Shown piece after piece: positions 1 to 7,611 of a stretch of 23,322 nt of DNA. Location of the stretch: the IMG/VR virus record IMGVR_UViG_650377940_000003, positions 1 through 23,322 of that record; one strand, 5' to 3'. The DNA comes from a virus (Duplodnaviria > Heunggongvirae > Uroviricota > Caudoviricetes). Both the position numbers and the translations under genes were made by a program. How positions within the stretch are numbered: the first letter of the stretch is position 1; each line of letters opens with the position of its first letter. The notes under the pieces were generated by a model, which saw nothing but the letters and a program-made list of their open reading frames with translations, made no database searches and was not told where the DNA came from.

Positions 1-753
1 TTATTCTGCTATTGAATCTAACACGGCGTTGACAATATCAAGCCCTATCTGTCCGGGAGCACTTGAGTCTCCAGCGCTGGCAAAAGTCATGGCGGAACCA
101 AATAGCTCTCCACACAATCTGCTGACAATGCCAAGCTTGCCCATGCTAATTGTGATAATAGGAGTAGCAAAATATTTATTTTTCATATCAACCGTAGCGG
201 CCAACAAAGTTAACACATCCGTGCTGTCGTGCGGCATAACTGCTACTTTTGGCAAATCAGCTCCAACTTGCTGCATTTTAACCATACGAGAAATGAGCTC
301 ATTTTTATCAGGCGTCTTCTGGAAATCGTGACTTGAACACACAACTACAACTCCAGAAGAATGTGCATTGTCTATCAGCTCACGAATATCATCTCTGGCT
401 GTAAAGAACTCAATGTCGATAAGGTCGGCACAGTCAGTATCTATTACCGTGTTGATGAAATCCAAATATTCTTTGTGGGTCAAAGACGCTTCTCCGCCCT
501 CTGCTTTGGTACGAAATGTCACCAGCAAGAGCTTGTCTTTCAGTGCCACACGAAGTTTTTGCAAGCAAGATACAACAGAATGTGCATCCATGCATTGCTC
601 AAACCAATCAACACGCCACTCTACACAGTCAATACGAAGCCTTGAAAACTCAAATGCGCGTTCTAAAATTTTTGATTCAGTTGTTTCAACGATTGGAACT
701 ATGACTTTTGGCCTGCCTTCACCGATATGACAATCACGCACAATAATGGACAT
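1..753 (-). CDS. aroD: Type I 3-dehydroquinate dehydratase (250 aa)
   Basis: Motifs VEWRVD, TFRTKAEGG, SSHDF (catalytic His), LPKVAVMP (Schiff-base Lys), SMGxxGxxSR and SAPGQI are all intact. Start moved from 768 to ATG 753 because GGAGG (760-764) precedes it. Confidence 0.95.
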   Translation of the reverse strand: MSIIVRDCHIGEGRPKVIVPIVETTESKILERAFEFSRLRIDCVEWRVDWFEQCMDAHSVVSCLQKLRVALKDKLLLVTFRTKAEGGEASLTHKEYLDFINTVIDTDCADLIDIEFFTARDDIRELIDNAHSSGVVVVCSSHDFQKTPDKNELISRMVKMQQVGADLPKVAVMPHDSTDVLTLLAATVDMKNKYFATPIITISMGKLGIVSRLCGELFGSAMTFASAGDSSAPGQIGLDIVNAVLDSIAE

Positions 754-779
754 AGAGTACCTCCACACATAATAAATAC

Positions 780-808
780 ACTATATCCTATATACATTTA
801 GATGTCAA
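780..808 (-). promoter_or_regulatory. Sigma-70/SigA promoter for aroD
   Basis: Minus strand reads TTGACA (808-803), a 17-nt spacer, then TATAGT (785-780), about 27 nt upstream of the ATG. Confidence 0.85.
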
Positions 809-816
809 CAATCAAA

Positions 817-1464
817 TCAAAACGAACTCCATGTTGCCATTCCGCAGATGCCGTCAGCCGCCAGTCCATGTGCTTTCTGCCATTCTACCAGCTTGGCTTT
901 TGTACCAGCGCCAAAGATACCGTCTACATTCAAGCCTAAATGCCGCTGTAACACGGTCACAGCATAAGATACGCCGCCGATGCAATCTTTAGAGCCCTGA
1001 CGAATCGTAGGCATGATTTTACTCACGACCTGATATGCTGTGCCACTTTTACTGATCCAACGGCTATGAGTCTCACGCACATCAATATGAACAAAGCCGC
1101 CCGTCACCTGTGCTCGACTATAATAGCCAATGCCGCCATGCTTCTGGAAGTAAGGGAGGGAGGCTACGTACAGTGCAATACGAATTGGGTCAACACCATT
1201 GATGTGAATATCTGCTGCCGTGCCAAGACAATGCTGACTACGAGAACTGCCACCGATTGAAATGTTATATGCAGGAGTACGGTAGGCAGAACTGATCAGA
1301 ACCGGCTTTCCAAAGTGGTCACGAATCTGCTGCAGAGTCTCTACCAACTCAGTTGCCACCTTGAACTCGTCGCTCCGGTCATTGCAAGCAAATTCATAGG
1401 CACAGAAGTTCTTGGACAGCTTCTTGTTCCAGTCCTTCTTCATAGAATATGTAATAACGCTCAT
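817..1464 (-). CDS. Endolysin: peptidase M15A-type (Peptidase_M15_3) domain plus C-terminal PG_binding_1 domain
   Basis: LSKNFCAYEFAC, SAYRTPAYN, SQHCLGTAAD and FVHID give the Zn ligands H/D/H. DGIFGAGT...WQKAHGLAADGICGMATW is a peptidoglycan-binding repeat. The gene follows a holin. Confidence 0.9.
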   Translation of the reverse strand: MSVITYSMKKDWNKKLSKNFCAYEFACNDRSDEFKVATELVETLQQIRDHFGKPVLISSAYRTPAYNISIGGSSRSQHCLGTAADIHINGVDPIRIALYVASLPYFQKHGGIGYYSRAQVTGGFVHIDVRETHSRWISKSGTAYQVVSKIMPTIRQGSKDCIGGVSYAVTVLQRHLGLNVDGIFGAGTKAKLVEWQKAHGLAADGICGMATWSSF

Positions 1465-1476
1465 GTCGTCACTCCT

Positions 1477-1797
1477 TCAATCCTTCTTGAATTCCGCATT
1501 GATCTTCTCGTTCTGGATATCCATCTCCTTAACTGCGGCCTCAATCATCATCTCGATAGTAGGAGTAACCTTGATATTCATCTTCTCCAACGCGGCAATA
1601 ACATACTTCTTCTTGTCGGCCTTCTGAATTGCTCCAGTAACACCCAACTTCTCAGCGGCACGCACAGCCATCTGGACGATCTTATACATACCGATCTGCT
1701 TCAGGTAGGGAATGCCATAGGTCATAAATGCGGTGCCAGCAACAGTGATAACCAGTTTCACAATAACAGAGACGATCTCATTAACAATACTTGCCAT
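1477..1797 (-). CDS. Phage holin, LL-H-like family (106 aa)
   Basis: N-terminal hydrophobic helix, then AVRAAEKL...KKKYV...IEAAVKEM. AGGAGG precedes ATG 1797, so the ORF-track start at 1842 is too early. Lies directly upstream of the endolysin. Confidence 0.85.
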   Translation of the reverse strand: MASIVNEIVSVIVKLVITVAGTAFMTYGIPYLKQIGMYKIVQMAVRAAEKLGVTGAIQKADKKKYVIAALEKMNIKVTPTIEMMIEAAVKEMDIQNEKINAEFKKD

Positions 1798-1816
1798 AGT
1801 AATACCTCCTGTTTTG

Positions 1817-1852
1817 AATAAAAAATAAAGCCCGGCACACACGTACCGAGCT
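1817..1852 (-). terminator. Intrinsic terminator between the two holin-type genes
   Basis: Minus strand AGCTCGGTAC-GTGT-GTGCCGGGCT (10-bp stem, two G-U pairs) followed by TTATTTTTT. Confidence 0.75.
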
Positions 1853-1857
1853 ATGTA

Positions 1858-2364
1858 TTAAATGTCTTTTAAATTTTGTCCGTCGATCAGGTAGCTTTCA
1901 AGAGCAGCCTTGGCTTCCTTCATAGGATCGATAGCATTACCATCAATACCGTGACTAAGCAGAGCCAGCAGAGCTTTCATCATCACATTGATACCATGCT
2001 CACTCTTATTTACACGCTGTTCCACGCCAGCGATTTTTCGTCCATGGTCTTCAACTACGATGTCCTGTTCCTTCTGGTGCTCTTCAATAGACAAAAGCTT
2101 AGAGCGATATAAATCCAAAACTTCTTTATCGTTCTTGAGCTTGCGATCGATATCTTCTAAACGCTTGTCGTGTTCAATCAACTTCAGGTTCTGTTTCGTG
2201 TCTGGCTCTTTTGCCTTCTTGATAGCTTTTACAACAACGACAACAGCAGCTGAAATAGCCGTAATACCACCAGCAATACTTAGAATCATTTGCCAAAGCT
2301 GTTCTATTGTAAAGCTGATAACACCCGGAGTATGAGTTGGTGCGGCAGTCAACAAACCAATCAT
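1858..2364 (-). CDS. Single-TM coiled-coil membrane protein of the lysis cassette (holin/antiholin-like, 168 aa)
   Basis: TM segment ILSIAGGITAISAAVVVVV followed by basic residues, a coiled coil and C-terminal GIDGN...AKAALESYL. GAGGTG RBS precedes ATG 2364. Lies upstream of the holin. Confidence 0.6.
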   Translation of the reverse strand: MIGLLTAAPTHTPGVISFTIEQLWQMILSIAGGITAISAAVVVVVKAIKKAKEPDTKQNLKLIEHDKRLEDIDRKLKNDKEVLDLYRSKLLSIEEHQKEQDIVVEDHGRKIAGVEQRVNKSEHGINVMMKALLALLSHGIDGNAIDPMKEAKAALESYLIDGQNLKDI

Positions 2365-2384
2365 TTCATCACCTCGATTCTGTA

Positions 2385-2413
2385 TTGACAAAGATTATAC
2401 AATGTGATATTTT
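2385..2413 (+). promoter_or_regulatory. Sigma-70/SigA promoter oriented antisense to the late operon
   Basis: TTGACA (2385-2390), a 17-nt spacer, then TATTTT (2408-2413) with the extended -10 TGTGn directly upstream. Confidence 0.7.
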
Positions 2414-2419
2414 AAGTTC

Positions 2420-2494
2420 AGTCGTATCCGTCGAGCAGATATGACGAACTTTTCCATCGAGCTCCTGAGCCGCCATCTCAGGAGCTTCTTTTTA
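2420..2494 (+). ncRNA. Putative ~75-nt small RNA with two hairpins
   Basis: Downstream of the promoter: GTCGTATC-cgtcgagca-GATATGAC (extendable by AAGTTC/GAACTT), a linker, then a terminator hairpin with a U-tail. The start position is estimated. Confidence 0.6.
2460..2494 (+). terminator. Intrinsic terminator for plus-strand transcription
   Basis: AGCTCCTGAG-ccgccat-CTCAGGAGCT is a perfect 10-bp stem followed by TCTTTTTATTT. The minus strand has no U-tract after it. Confidence 0.8.
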
Positions 2495-2929
2495 TTTCCA
2501 ATAGTATCGAGGTTTTTCTTCACCAAACAGAATATGCCGAATCCAGTCATCCACGAAGATACAAATCATTGCGAGGAAGAACCACAACACAGTAAAGGGC
2601 AGACAGATTTGACCCAGCAGGTTGAATGGCAGGGAAGAGTAGTCCCAGATGTGTAAGCCCATCATCAGATTCAATGGAATGCCGACAACAAGCTCCATAC
2701 CAGTCACAAATAACGCACCAACAAAACCCTGTTCCCACATGGGCATTTCCCACGGAATATAATTATTCAACCCACCAATGACCACAAAGCAGATGCCGCC
2801 CACTACAGCCATAGTCCAGTGTGAGTGACCACGCCATAAAATTTCGATGCAATAATAAAGCGCCCCTCCTATCAGAAAGAGAAGCGCACATTTCAATAAT
2901 TCTTTATACTTCTTTACGATTTTGCTCAT
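2492..2929 (-). CDS. Membrane protein of the putative ABC transporter permease family (ABC_trans_CmpB-like)
   Basis: FLIGGALYYCIEILWRGHSHWTM, ELVVG and WDYSSLPFNLLGQICLPF match the family; about 4 TM segments. ATGA overlap with the upstream gene. Confidence 0.75.
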   Translation of the reverse strand: MSKIVKKYKELLKCALLFLIGGALYYCIEILWRGHSHWTMAVVGGICFVVIGGLNNYIPWEMPMWEQGFVGALFVTGMELVVGIPLNLMMGLHIWDYSSLPFNLLGQICLPFTVLWFFLAMICIFVDDWIRHILFGEEKPRYYWK

Positions 2930-3570
2930 TCAGCAACCTCCTTCGACCCGGCGGTCTCCAGATATTGCTCCAGAACAGGGTCGTAGTTGATTTCAATTGC
3001 ATCCAGCTCTTCCATGGTAGCACAAGCTTTAATAGCCAACTCCAACTCCTGCTGATGAGATACAAAGGGCTTCACATATGTACCAATTGCCAGTGCAAGT
3101 GCGGCCAGTTTCTCATAAGTCCATTCTACACATTCATCACCAGTTGAATTCCATGTCAGCTTGAACGATTGCCCGGCGGAAGCAGAGATTTGATACAGCG
3201 CCAAATTCGATGTCAGCAATGCTTGTTTTTCACTGGTGACGCTATAATACTTGCCATCCGTCCATTGGAGTGGATGAGAGGCAAGATATTCAGCGAGGGT
3301 TGTCTTAGATTCGGTGACTTTAACTTTTGCGGCCTCAGTTAGTTTAGCCTTCACTTCTTCTTCATTGACAATGATTTCACGTCCCGTCATTTTTGTAACA
3401 GTTTGAACCTCATCAATTTCCTGAACTTCAATATCAACGAACGGGAAGCTTTCTGGAATTGTTACGTTTTTGGGGATAATTGCCCAGCCATCTGGCACGG
3501 TGGTCTCCCACGGGCTGTTGCGGTTCTCGTGTGCACCGCTTGGAAGAGCAGTAATTTTGATTAGATTCAT
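2926..3570 (-). CDS. Tail-fibre-associated protein with DUF4376-like C-terminal domain
   Basis: Follows the fibre gene with an ATGA overlap. W...YSVT..Q....W...EW...L...I...V..Q...AI.AC.T.EELDAIEINY pattern. Confidence 0.6.
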   Translation of the reverse strand: MNLIKITALPSGAHENRNSPWETTVPDGWAIIPKNVTIPESFPFVDIEVQEIDEVQTVTKMTGREIIVNEEEVKAKLTEAAKVKVTESKTTLAEYLASHPLQWTDGKYYSVTSEKQALLTSNLALYQISASAGQSFKLTWNSTGDECVEWTYEKLAALALAIGTYVKPFVSHQQELELAIKACATMEELDAIEINYDPVLEQYLETAGSKEVAE

Positions 3571-5987
3571 ACGACTTCACTTCCTTCCTCATCTGCGTGG
3601 CTAGAAACAAAAAAGCGGTGATCAATATCAATACCGAAGACGTGATAAGTTTTGCCGGGTCTGTCAAGCAACATGTAAGCACCGTTATCTAAATTATTTT
3701 CCGAGCCAGGCTCCCCCAAAGATCCAGAAGGGTTGATTTTTTCCCTTGTCCAGTATCGCTCAATAGATGTCCCGTTTTTGCGATATTTAATGCTTTTTTT
3801 TGGAGAATTCCCATACTCGATGACCGGACCATAAGCAACATCGCCACTGCTTTGAAGTCTCGATAAACCTCTTGTCCATTCGTTCGTAAGTGCGCTCATG
3901 ACCACATACGATTGTGTGAACTCGGTATCATTCATAAGGCATAAAAATGCGTATTTTTCTGGGCAAGTCTCATTCGTTGGGCAACTCCATCCTTCAAGAA
4001 AAACCACAATATCATATTCTTTGGACAAAGTGGTTCTAATAGGGTTTGTCTCTGTGGCGTAGTTTGGGCCATCATTGCTATATAAATAATCTCTACGTGC
4101 CGTCCCAACGTAGCTGCCCTCATAGGTGATGCTGTACGGTAAATTCTTTGCGGTCAATGCCGTCCCAGCTGTTGTAGCGTAATTCACATTAAAATTGCTC
4201 GGATTATATACATACATATCACCAGAGTCATTGCCACCCCATAGCCATGTGGGTTGACCTTTCTGACCAGACCAGTGGAACTTCATATATTTATCATCAT
4301 TATTCAAACACTGGGCATTTGTAGCTGATCCCGCACTCGTAGCAAACTTCACATTCTTATTCTTGTCCGCAGTATTATCCACGTTACCAAGCCCAACCTC
4401 GGCTTTTGTATAAGTAGGTTTTGTAGCTGCTTTAGCCCATGCATATACATCACTTGCAGGCATAGAACTTGGAAAGTCCGTTATTTGGGACTTTGTATGC
4501 TTATGTGAAGTAGGTGCTTTACCATCAACTAATGCTTTCAAAGCTTTACCCTGTGCAGCACTAAGGCTCTGATCTGTACTATCACTTGTCAAATTATTCT
4601 GGATTCCGCGCCATGTGTTTGTATCAGTAAACTTAGCATCCGCTGGGACACTCTTAGCGATTGTGTATCCAATTGCAACGGGCTTACCACCAGAGAAGTA
4701 GACGGGTTGATTATTAGAACCAGCATTAGAGGAAAGTTTTGTAGCTGTTGTAGCGTTTGCTGCATTCGTTGCGTTCGTGGCATTTGTAGCGTTCGTGGCG
4801 TTGCCCGCACTATTGGCATAATTAACAGACTGACTGCCGATAGTAGCACTTGTAATGATAGTACCGGCTTGAGCGGGAAGGTAGACTTGTGATGTGCTAT
4901 TGTTACCAGCATTATAGTTCGCGTCAGTTGAATAATTGAAAATCAGACTCTCATCGCCGCCAAGGTTACCCATAGTCCAGCAACCGTTCTTCGTCGCCAT
5001 AGCAGCAACAGCACCATAAGAACTATCACCCGCATAGCTACTTTTTATTGCAGCGCGGTCTCTATCACCAATCCAAGTACCGCCAGTGGATTTTGTAATT
5101 TGACCACTCATCGTGCCACCGATAAGAGGTAGATAATTCCCCAATCCAATCCAACTCTTCAGAACGTCCTTAGACACATCTTTGATTTTTGTACCATCGT
5201 CTGTGTAACCTGCAATATGAGTTAAATTTGAGGCATTTAAACCAGCGCCAGCGAAACCAATTTTGATGGTTCTATTAGCATCGTTGTAGTCTTTTACACC
5301 GTTAGAGGTTGTCGCGCTATCTGCAGTACCGGCACTTGTGGCATACTTAACTGATTTATTCGCATCGGCAGTATTATCAACATTTCCAAGTCCTACTTGA
5401 TCTTTTGTGTGGGTATGATCTGCGATAGCAAACTGGTTTTTATTGACAGCCCTCAGCTCATATCCATTCCAGCCTGCAAGCCAACTGTAATCTCCATAAT
5501 TCATACCGCTTTTTGAGTAGGCAAATGTAGTAGGTTTATTACTTCCAATATCATTCACATTTTTATGCGTATGGTCTGTATTGCTTTTCCCGGAGAGTTT
5601 TGTGTTCATCTCACTTTCAGTATAATACCTGTCGTCATGAGTATGTCCACTCGCAGCATAACTGCCTTTAGGCTGATATACGCCATCTGTCTTGCCCTTA
5701 ATGTATGTCCACAACGTACTAATTGGACGACGATAATAAGAAGCTGTCTTTCCATCATTGTGTTGACTAATAAAAACAGTTGCATCATTTGGGATGCCAT
5801 CTGCAGTGCTCAGCTTATTGATAAGTCCATTCGCTCCCGCTTCGTTATTATTCACCTTGCTGTTCAACTTGCCATCCATTTCGGCCTCAGTATAGTACCT
5901 GTCGTCGTGGCTGTGGCTCTTCGGAGCAAATTTTTCTTTCAGCTTACCCCACAGATACTGTAAGCCAGCATAATCTAAATATCCCAT
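3567..5987 (-). CDS. Tail fibre / receptor-binding protein (806 aa)
   Basis: HxH motifs, two HDDRYYTE, two VGLGNVDNTAD, YLPLIGGTMSG, NNLTSDSTDQSLSAAQGKALK and FHWSGQKGQPTWLWG are typical trimeric fibre repeats. CAGGAGG RBS. Confidence 0.85.
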   Translation of the reverse strand: MGYLDYAGLQYLWGKLKEKFAPKSHSHDDRYYTEAEMDGKLNSKVNNNEAGANGLINKLSTADGIPNDATVFISQHNDGKTASYYRRPISTLWTYIKGKTDGVYQPKGSYAASGHTHDDRYYTESEMNTKLSGKSNTDHTHKNVNDIGSNKPTTFAYSKSGMNYGDYSWLAGWNGYELRAVNKNQFAIADHTHTKDQVGLGNVDNTADANKSVKYATSAGTADSATTSNGVKDYNDANRTIKIGFAGAGLNASNLTHIAGYTDDGTKIKDVSKDVLKSWIGLGNYLPLIGGTMSGQITKSTGGTWIGDRDRAAIKSSYAGDSSYGAVAAMATKNGCWTMGNLGGDESLIFNYSTDANYNAGNNSTSQVYLPAQAGTIITSATIGSQSVNYANSAGNATNATNATNATNAANATTATKLSSNAGSNNQPVYFSGGKPVAIGYTIAKSVPADAKFTDTNTWRGIQNNLTSDSTDQSLSAAQGKALKALVDGKAPTSHKHTKSQITDFPSSMPASDVYAWAKAATKPTYTKAEVGLGNVDNTADKNKNVKFATSAGSATNAQCLNNDDKYMKFHWSGQKGQPTWLWGGNDSGDMYVYNPSNFNVNYATTAGTALTAKNLPYSITYEGSYVGTARRDYLYSNDGPNYATETNPIRTTLSKEYDIVVFLEGWSCPTNETCPEKYAFLCLMNDTEFTQSYVVMSALTNEWTRGLSRLQSSGDVAYGPVIEYGNSPKKSIKYRKNGTSIERYWTREKINPSGSLGEPGSENNLDNGAYMLLDRPGKTYHVFGIDIDHRFFVSSHADEEGSEVV
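4745..4804 (-). repeat. Degenerate 9-bp tandem repeat encoding (T/A)NA x5-6
   Basis: The protein reads GNA-TNA-TNA-TNA-TNA-ANA-TTA. DNA units are ACGAACGCT, ACAAATGCC, ACGAACGCA, ACGAATGCA and GCAAACGCT. Confidence 0.85.
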
Positions 5988-6018
5988 AATCGACCTCCTG
6001 TCTCAGTAAGAACTGAAA

Positions 6019-7062
6019 TCAGCTTGCCAAAACAGTGTCGATTTCAGTATTTGTAATCTTTGTAATAGTAAAAATTTCGCCAAGTGCGTCCCAGTTAGAG
6101 CCATTCCATGCATAGTTCATACCGTTGCCAACGTCATACACATCACCAATGGTCTGACCGCTCGTTGGTAGCTTGTCCGTAGAAGCAACGGAACCCTTGT
6201 AACGATACATTGCCGTGATATCGCTCTTCAGGGCATAAGTGCTTGCAGCACCAAATCCATCCAGTTTCTTCTTGTCAGAGGTACTCATCAGGCCGTGGAC
6301 GCTCTGTGTTGCGTCATTGTATGTTGTATTGGTTGGAGTAGCCCAAATACCATCGCCACGCAGATATTGACCCTGCTTGCCAGCCGCCGGGGCAGGAACC
6401 AAACCAGAACCACCAGCAGCCGAAGCAGTAGCGGCTTTAAAATCAGAATAGGTGGTATTATAGTCAGGTCCCCAAGTAGCAGAACCATCACCACTCCATC
6501 TTAGAATCTGACCAGACTGACCGCCAGCCGGAATATGTTTGTTGCCAGCAGAGGTCGGGTGTGTATAGTTGTTTGCATTTGCAGCAATACCATCCAGCTT
6601 TGCCTTATCTCCAGCGCTCATCAAGCCAGCAGAGCCAGAGGTTGCGTTATTATAGGTCGTATTTAGTGGGGTTGCCCATGTGCCATCGCCCTTCAAAAAC
6701 TGACCAGCATTATTAGCAGCAGGGGCGGGGACAAGACCTGAGCCACCGGCTGCGGCACTGGTTGCACCCTTAAATGCGCTATAAGTTGTGTTGTTATCAG
6801 CGCCCCACTGTGCCTCACCATCCTTACTCCAACGCAGAATCTGACCAGCAGAACCACCAGACGGAATATGCTTATTACCAGAACTTGTCGGGTGAGAATA
6901 ATTGTTTGCGCCAGCCTCGATACCAGCCAGCTTATTCTTTTCGGCGGCAGTAAAATCGTTGGAGGACAGCCCCTTGCCTTCGACTTTATCAACCTTGTCA
7001 TTTAGCTTTGCCTTTATCTTTTACCAGAAGTAAAGCAGGCCATCATAATCTAACCAAGCCAT
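6019..7062 (-). pseudogene. Fibre-segment gene (347 codons) interrupted by an in-frame TAA at codon 14 (7021-7023)
   Basis: AAGGAGG then ATG 7062 reads MAWLDYDGLLYFW*KIKAKLNDKVDKVEGKGLSSNDFTAAEKNKLAGI... and stays in frame into the ORF-track ORF 6019-6696. KVDKVEGKGLSSNDFT is a classic phage fibre motif. Confidence 0.85.
6268..6933 (-). repeat. Two diverged tandem 333-bp (111-aa) repeats within the fibre gene
   Basis: KLxGI..ANNY.HPTS.GNKHIP.GG..GQILRWS.DG...GSGLVPAPAA...GDG.WATP.NTTYN.AT...GLMS..DK occurs twice. The KL codons at 6933, 6600 and 6267 are each 333 nt apart. Confidence 0.9.
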
Positions 7063-7074
7063 GTATTTCCTCCT

Positions 7075-7542
7075 TTATGTTGATAGAATTTTATCTATGT
7101 CTGAATTCGTTAAAGCCTCAATATACAAGGATGGGTCGCCTGTATTCACAACCAACTCGCCATTCTCATCCGTCATAACGGTGGTGATGCCCGTGCCCTT
7201 GATGGATACAGAACTTTGTTTTGCGCCATCCAGCGTGATTTTTGCCTTACCATTAAGTGCGCTCTTATTTGCACCCAGTGAGAAATTGTTGTCGTTTAAT
7301 AGCGTCCAGTTGCCGCCCAAGTACGCATATAGCTTATCAGGTTTCAGATAATAGATTTTTTCGGCTAGAGGAGCCAATGGTAAGTCACTCACAACCTCTA
7401 AATCGCTTCCGATTTTTACGTGAGTCGTAGCAGTGTCTCGATAGGCGTTTCCGGTATCAAGACAGACAATAAGCTGTCCGTCGATCACTGGAGTCTTGTC
7501 GAGTTGAGATTGTGCAATCTCTAAAAGTGATAATTTTGACAT
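7075..7542 (-). CDS. Small fibre/adaptor protein (~155 aa)
   Basis: AAGGAG RBS (7550-7555) precedes tandem ATGs at 7545 and 7542. N-terminus SKLSLLE...DGQLIVCLDTGNAYRD resembles Mtd_N; the protein ends LTNSDIDKILST. Confidence 0.7.
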   Translation of the reverse strand: MSKLSLLEIAQSQLDKTPVIDGQLIVCLDTGNAYRDTATTHVKIGSDLEVVSDLPLAPLAEKIYYLKPDKLYAYLGGNWTLLNDNNFSLGANKSALNGKAKITLDGAKQSSVSIKGTGITTVMTDENGELVVNTGDPSLYIEALTNSDIDKILST

Positions 7543-7561
7543 CATGAAACTCCTTTTCGAT

Positions 7562-7596
7562 AAAAATAACCCCACACTCCATTACAGAGTGCAGGG
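7562..7596 (-). terminator. Intrinsic terminator inside the fibre gene cluster
   Basis: Minus strand CCCTGCACTC-tgtaatg-GAGTGTGGGG followed by TTATTTTT. Confidence 0.7.
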
Positions 7597-7611
7597 ATTT
7601 ATGTTAGATTA

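Noticed and set aside
2395-2457. 20-aa minus-strand ORF MEKFVISARRIRLNLKYHIV opposite the sRNA (possible type I toxin)
   Set aside because: AGGAG is only 4 nt from the ATG and buried in a hairpin, and the peptide has no TM-like stretch. Not supportable without ribosome profiling.
3794-3801. A8 homopolymer (coding strand) in the fibre tip as a phase-variation or frameshift site
   Set aside because: The tract is short, the frame is intact (PKKS) and there is no supporting alternative ORF.
3567-5987. Invertible tail-fibre shufflon
   Set aside because: No invertase, inverted repeats or opposite-strand alternative tips were seen.
6693-7001. 102-aa minus-strand ORF in the ORF track
   Set aside because: It is an off-frame shadow of the interrupted fibre gene. 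The true frame carries the fibre motifs and the 111-aa repeat.
7021-7023. Genome-wide TAA-to-Gln recoding
   Set aside because: TAA terminates 12 genes at sensible boundaries and only one in-frame case exists.
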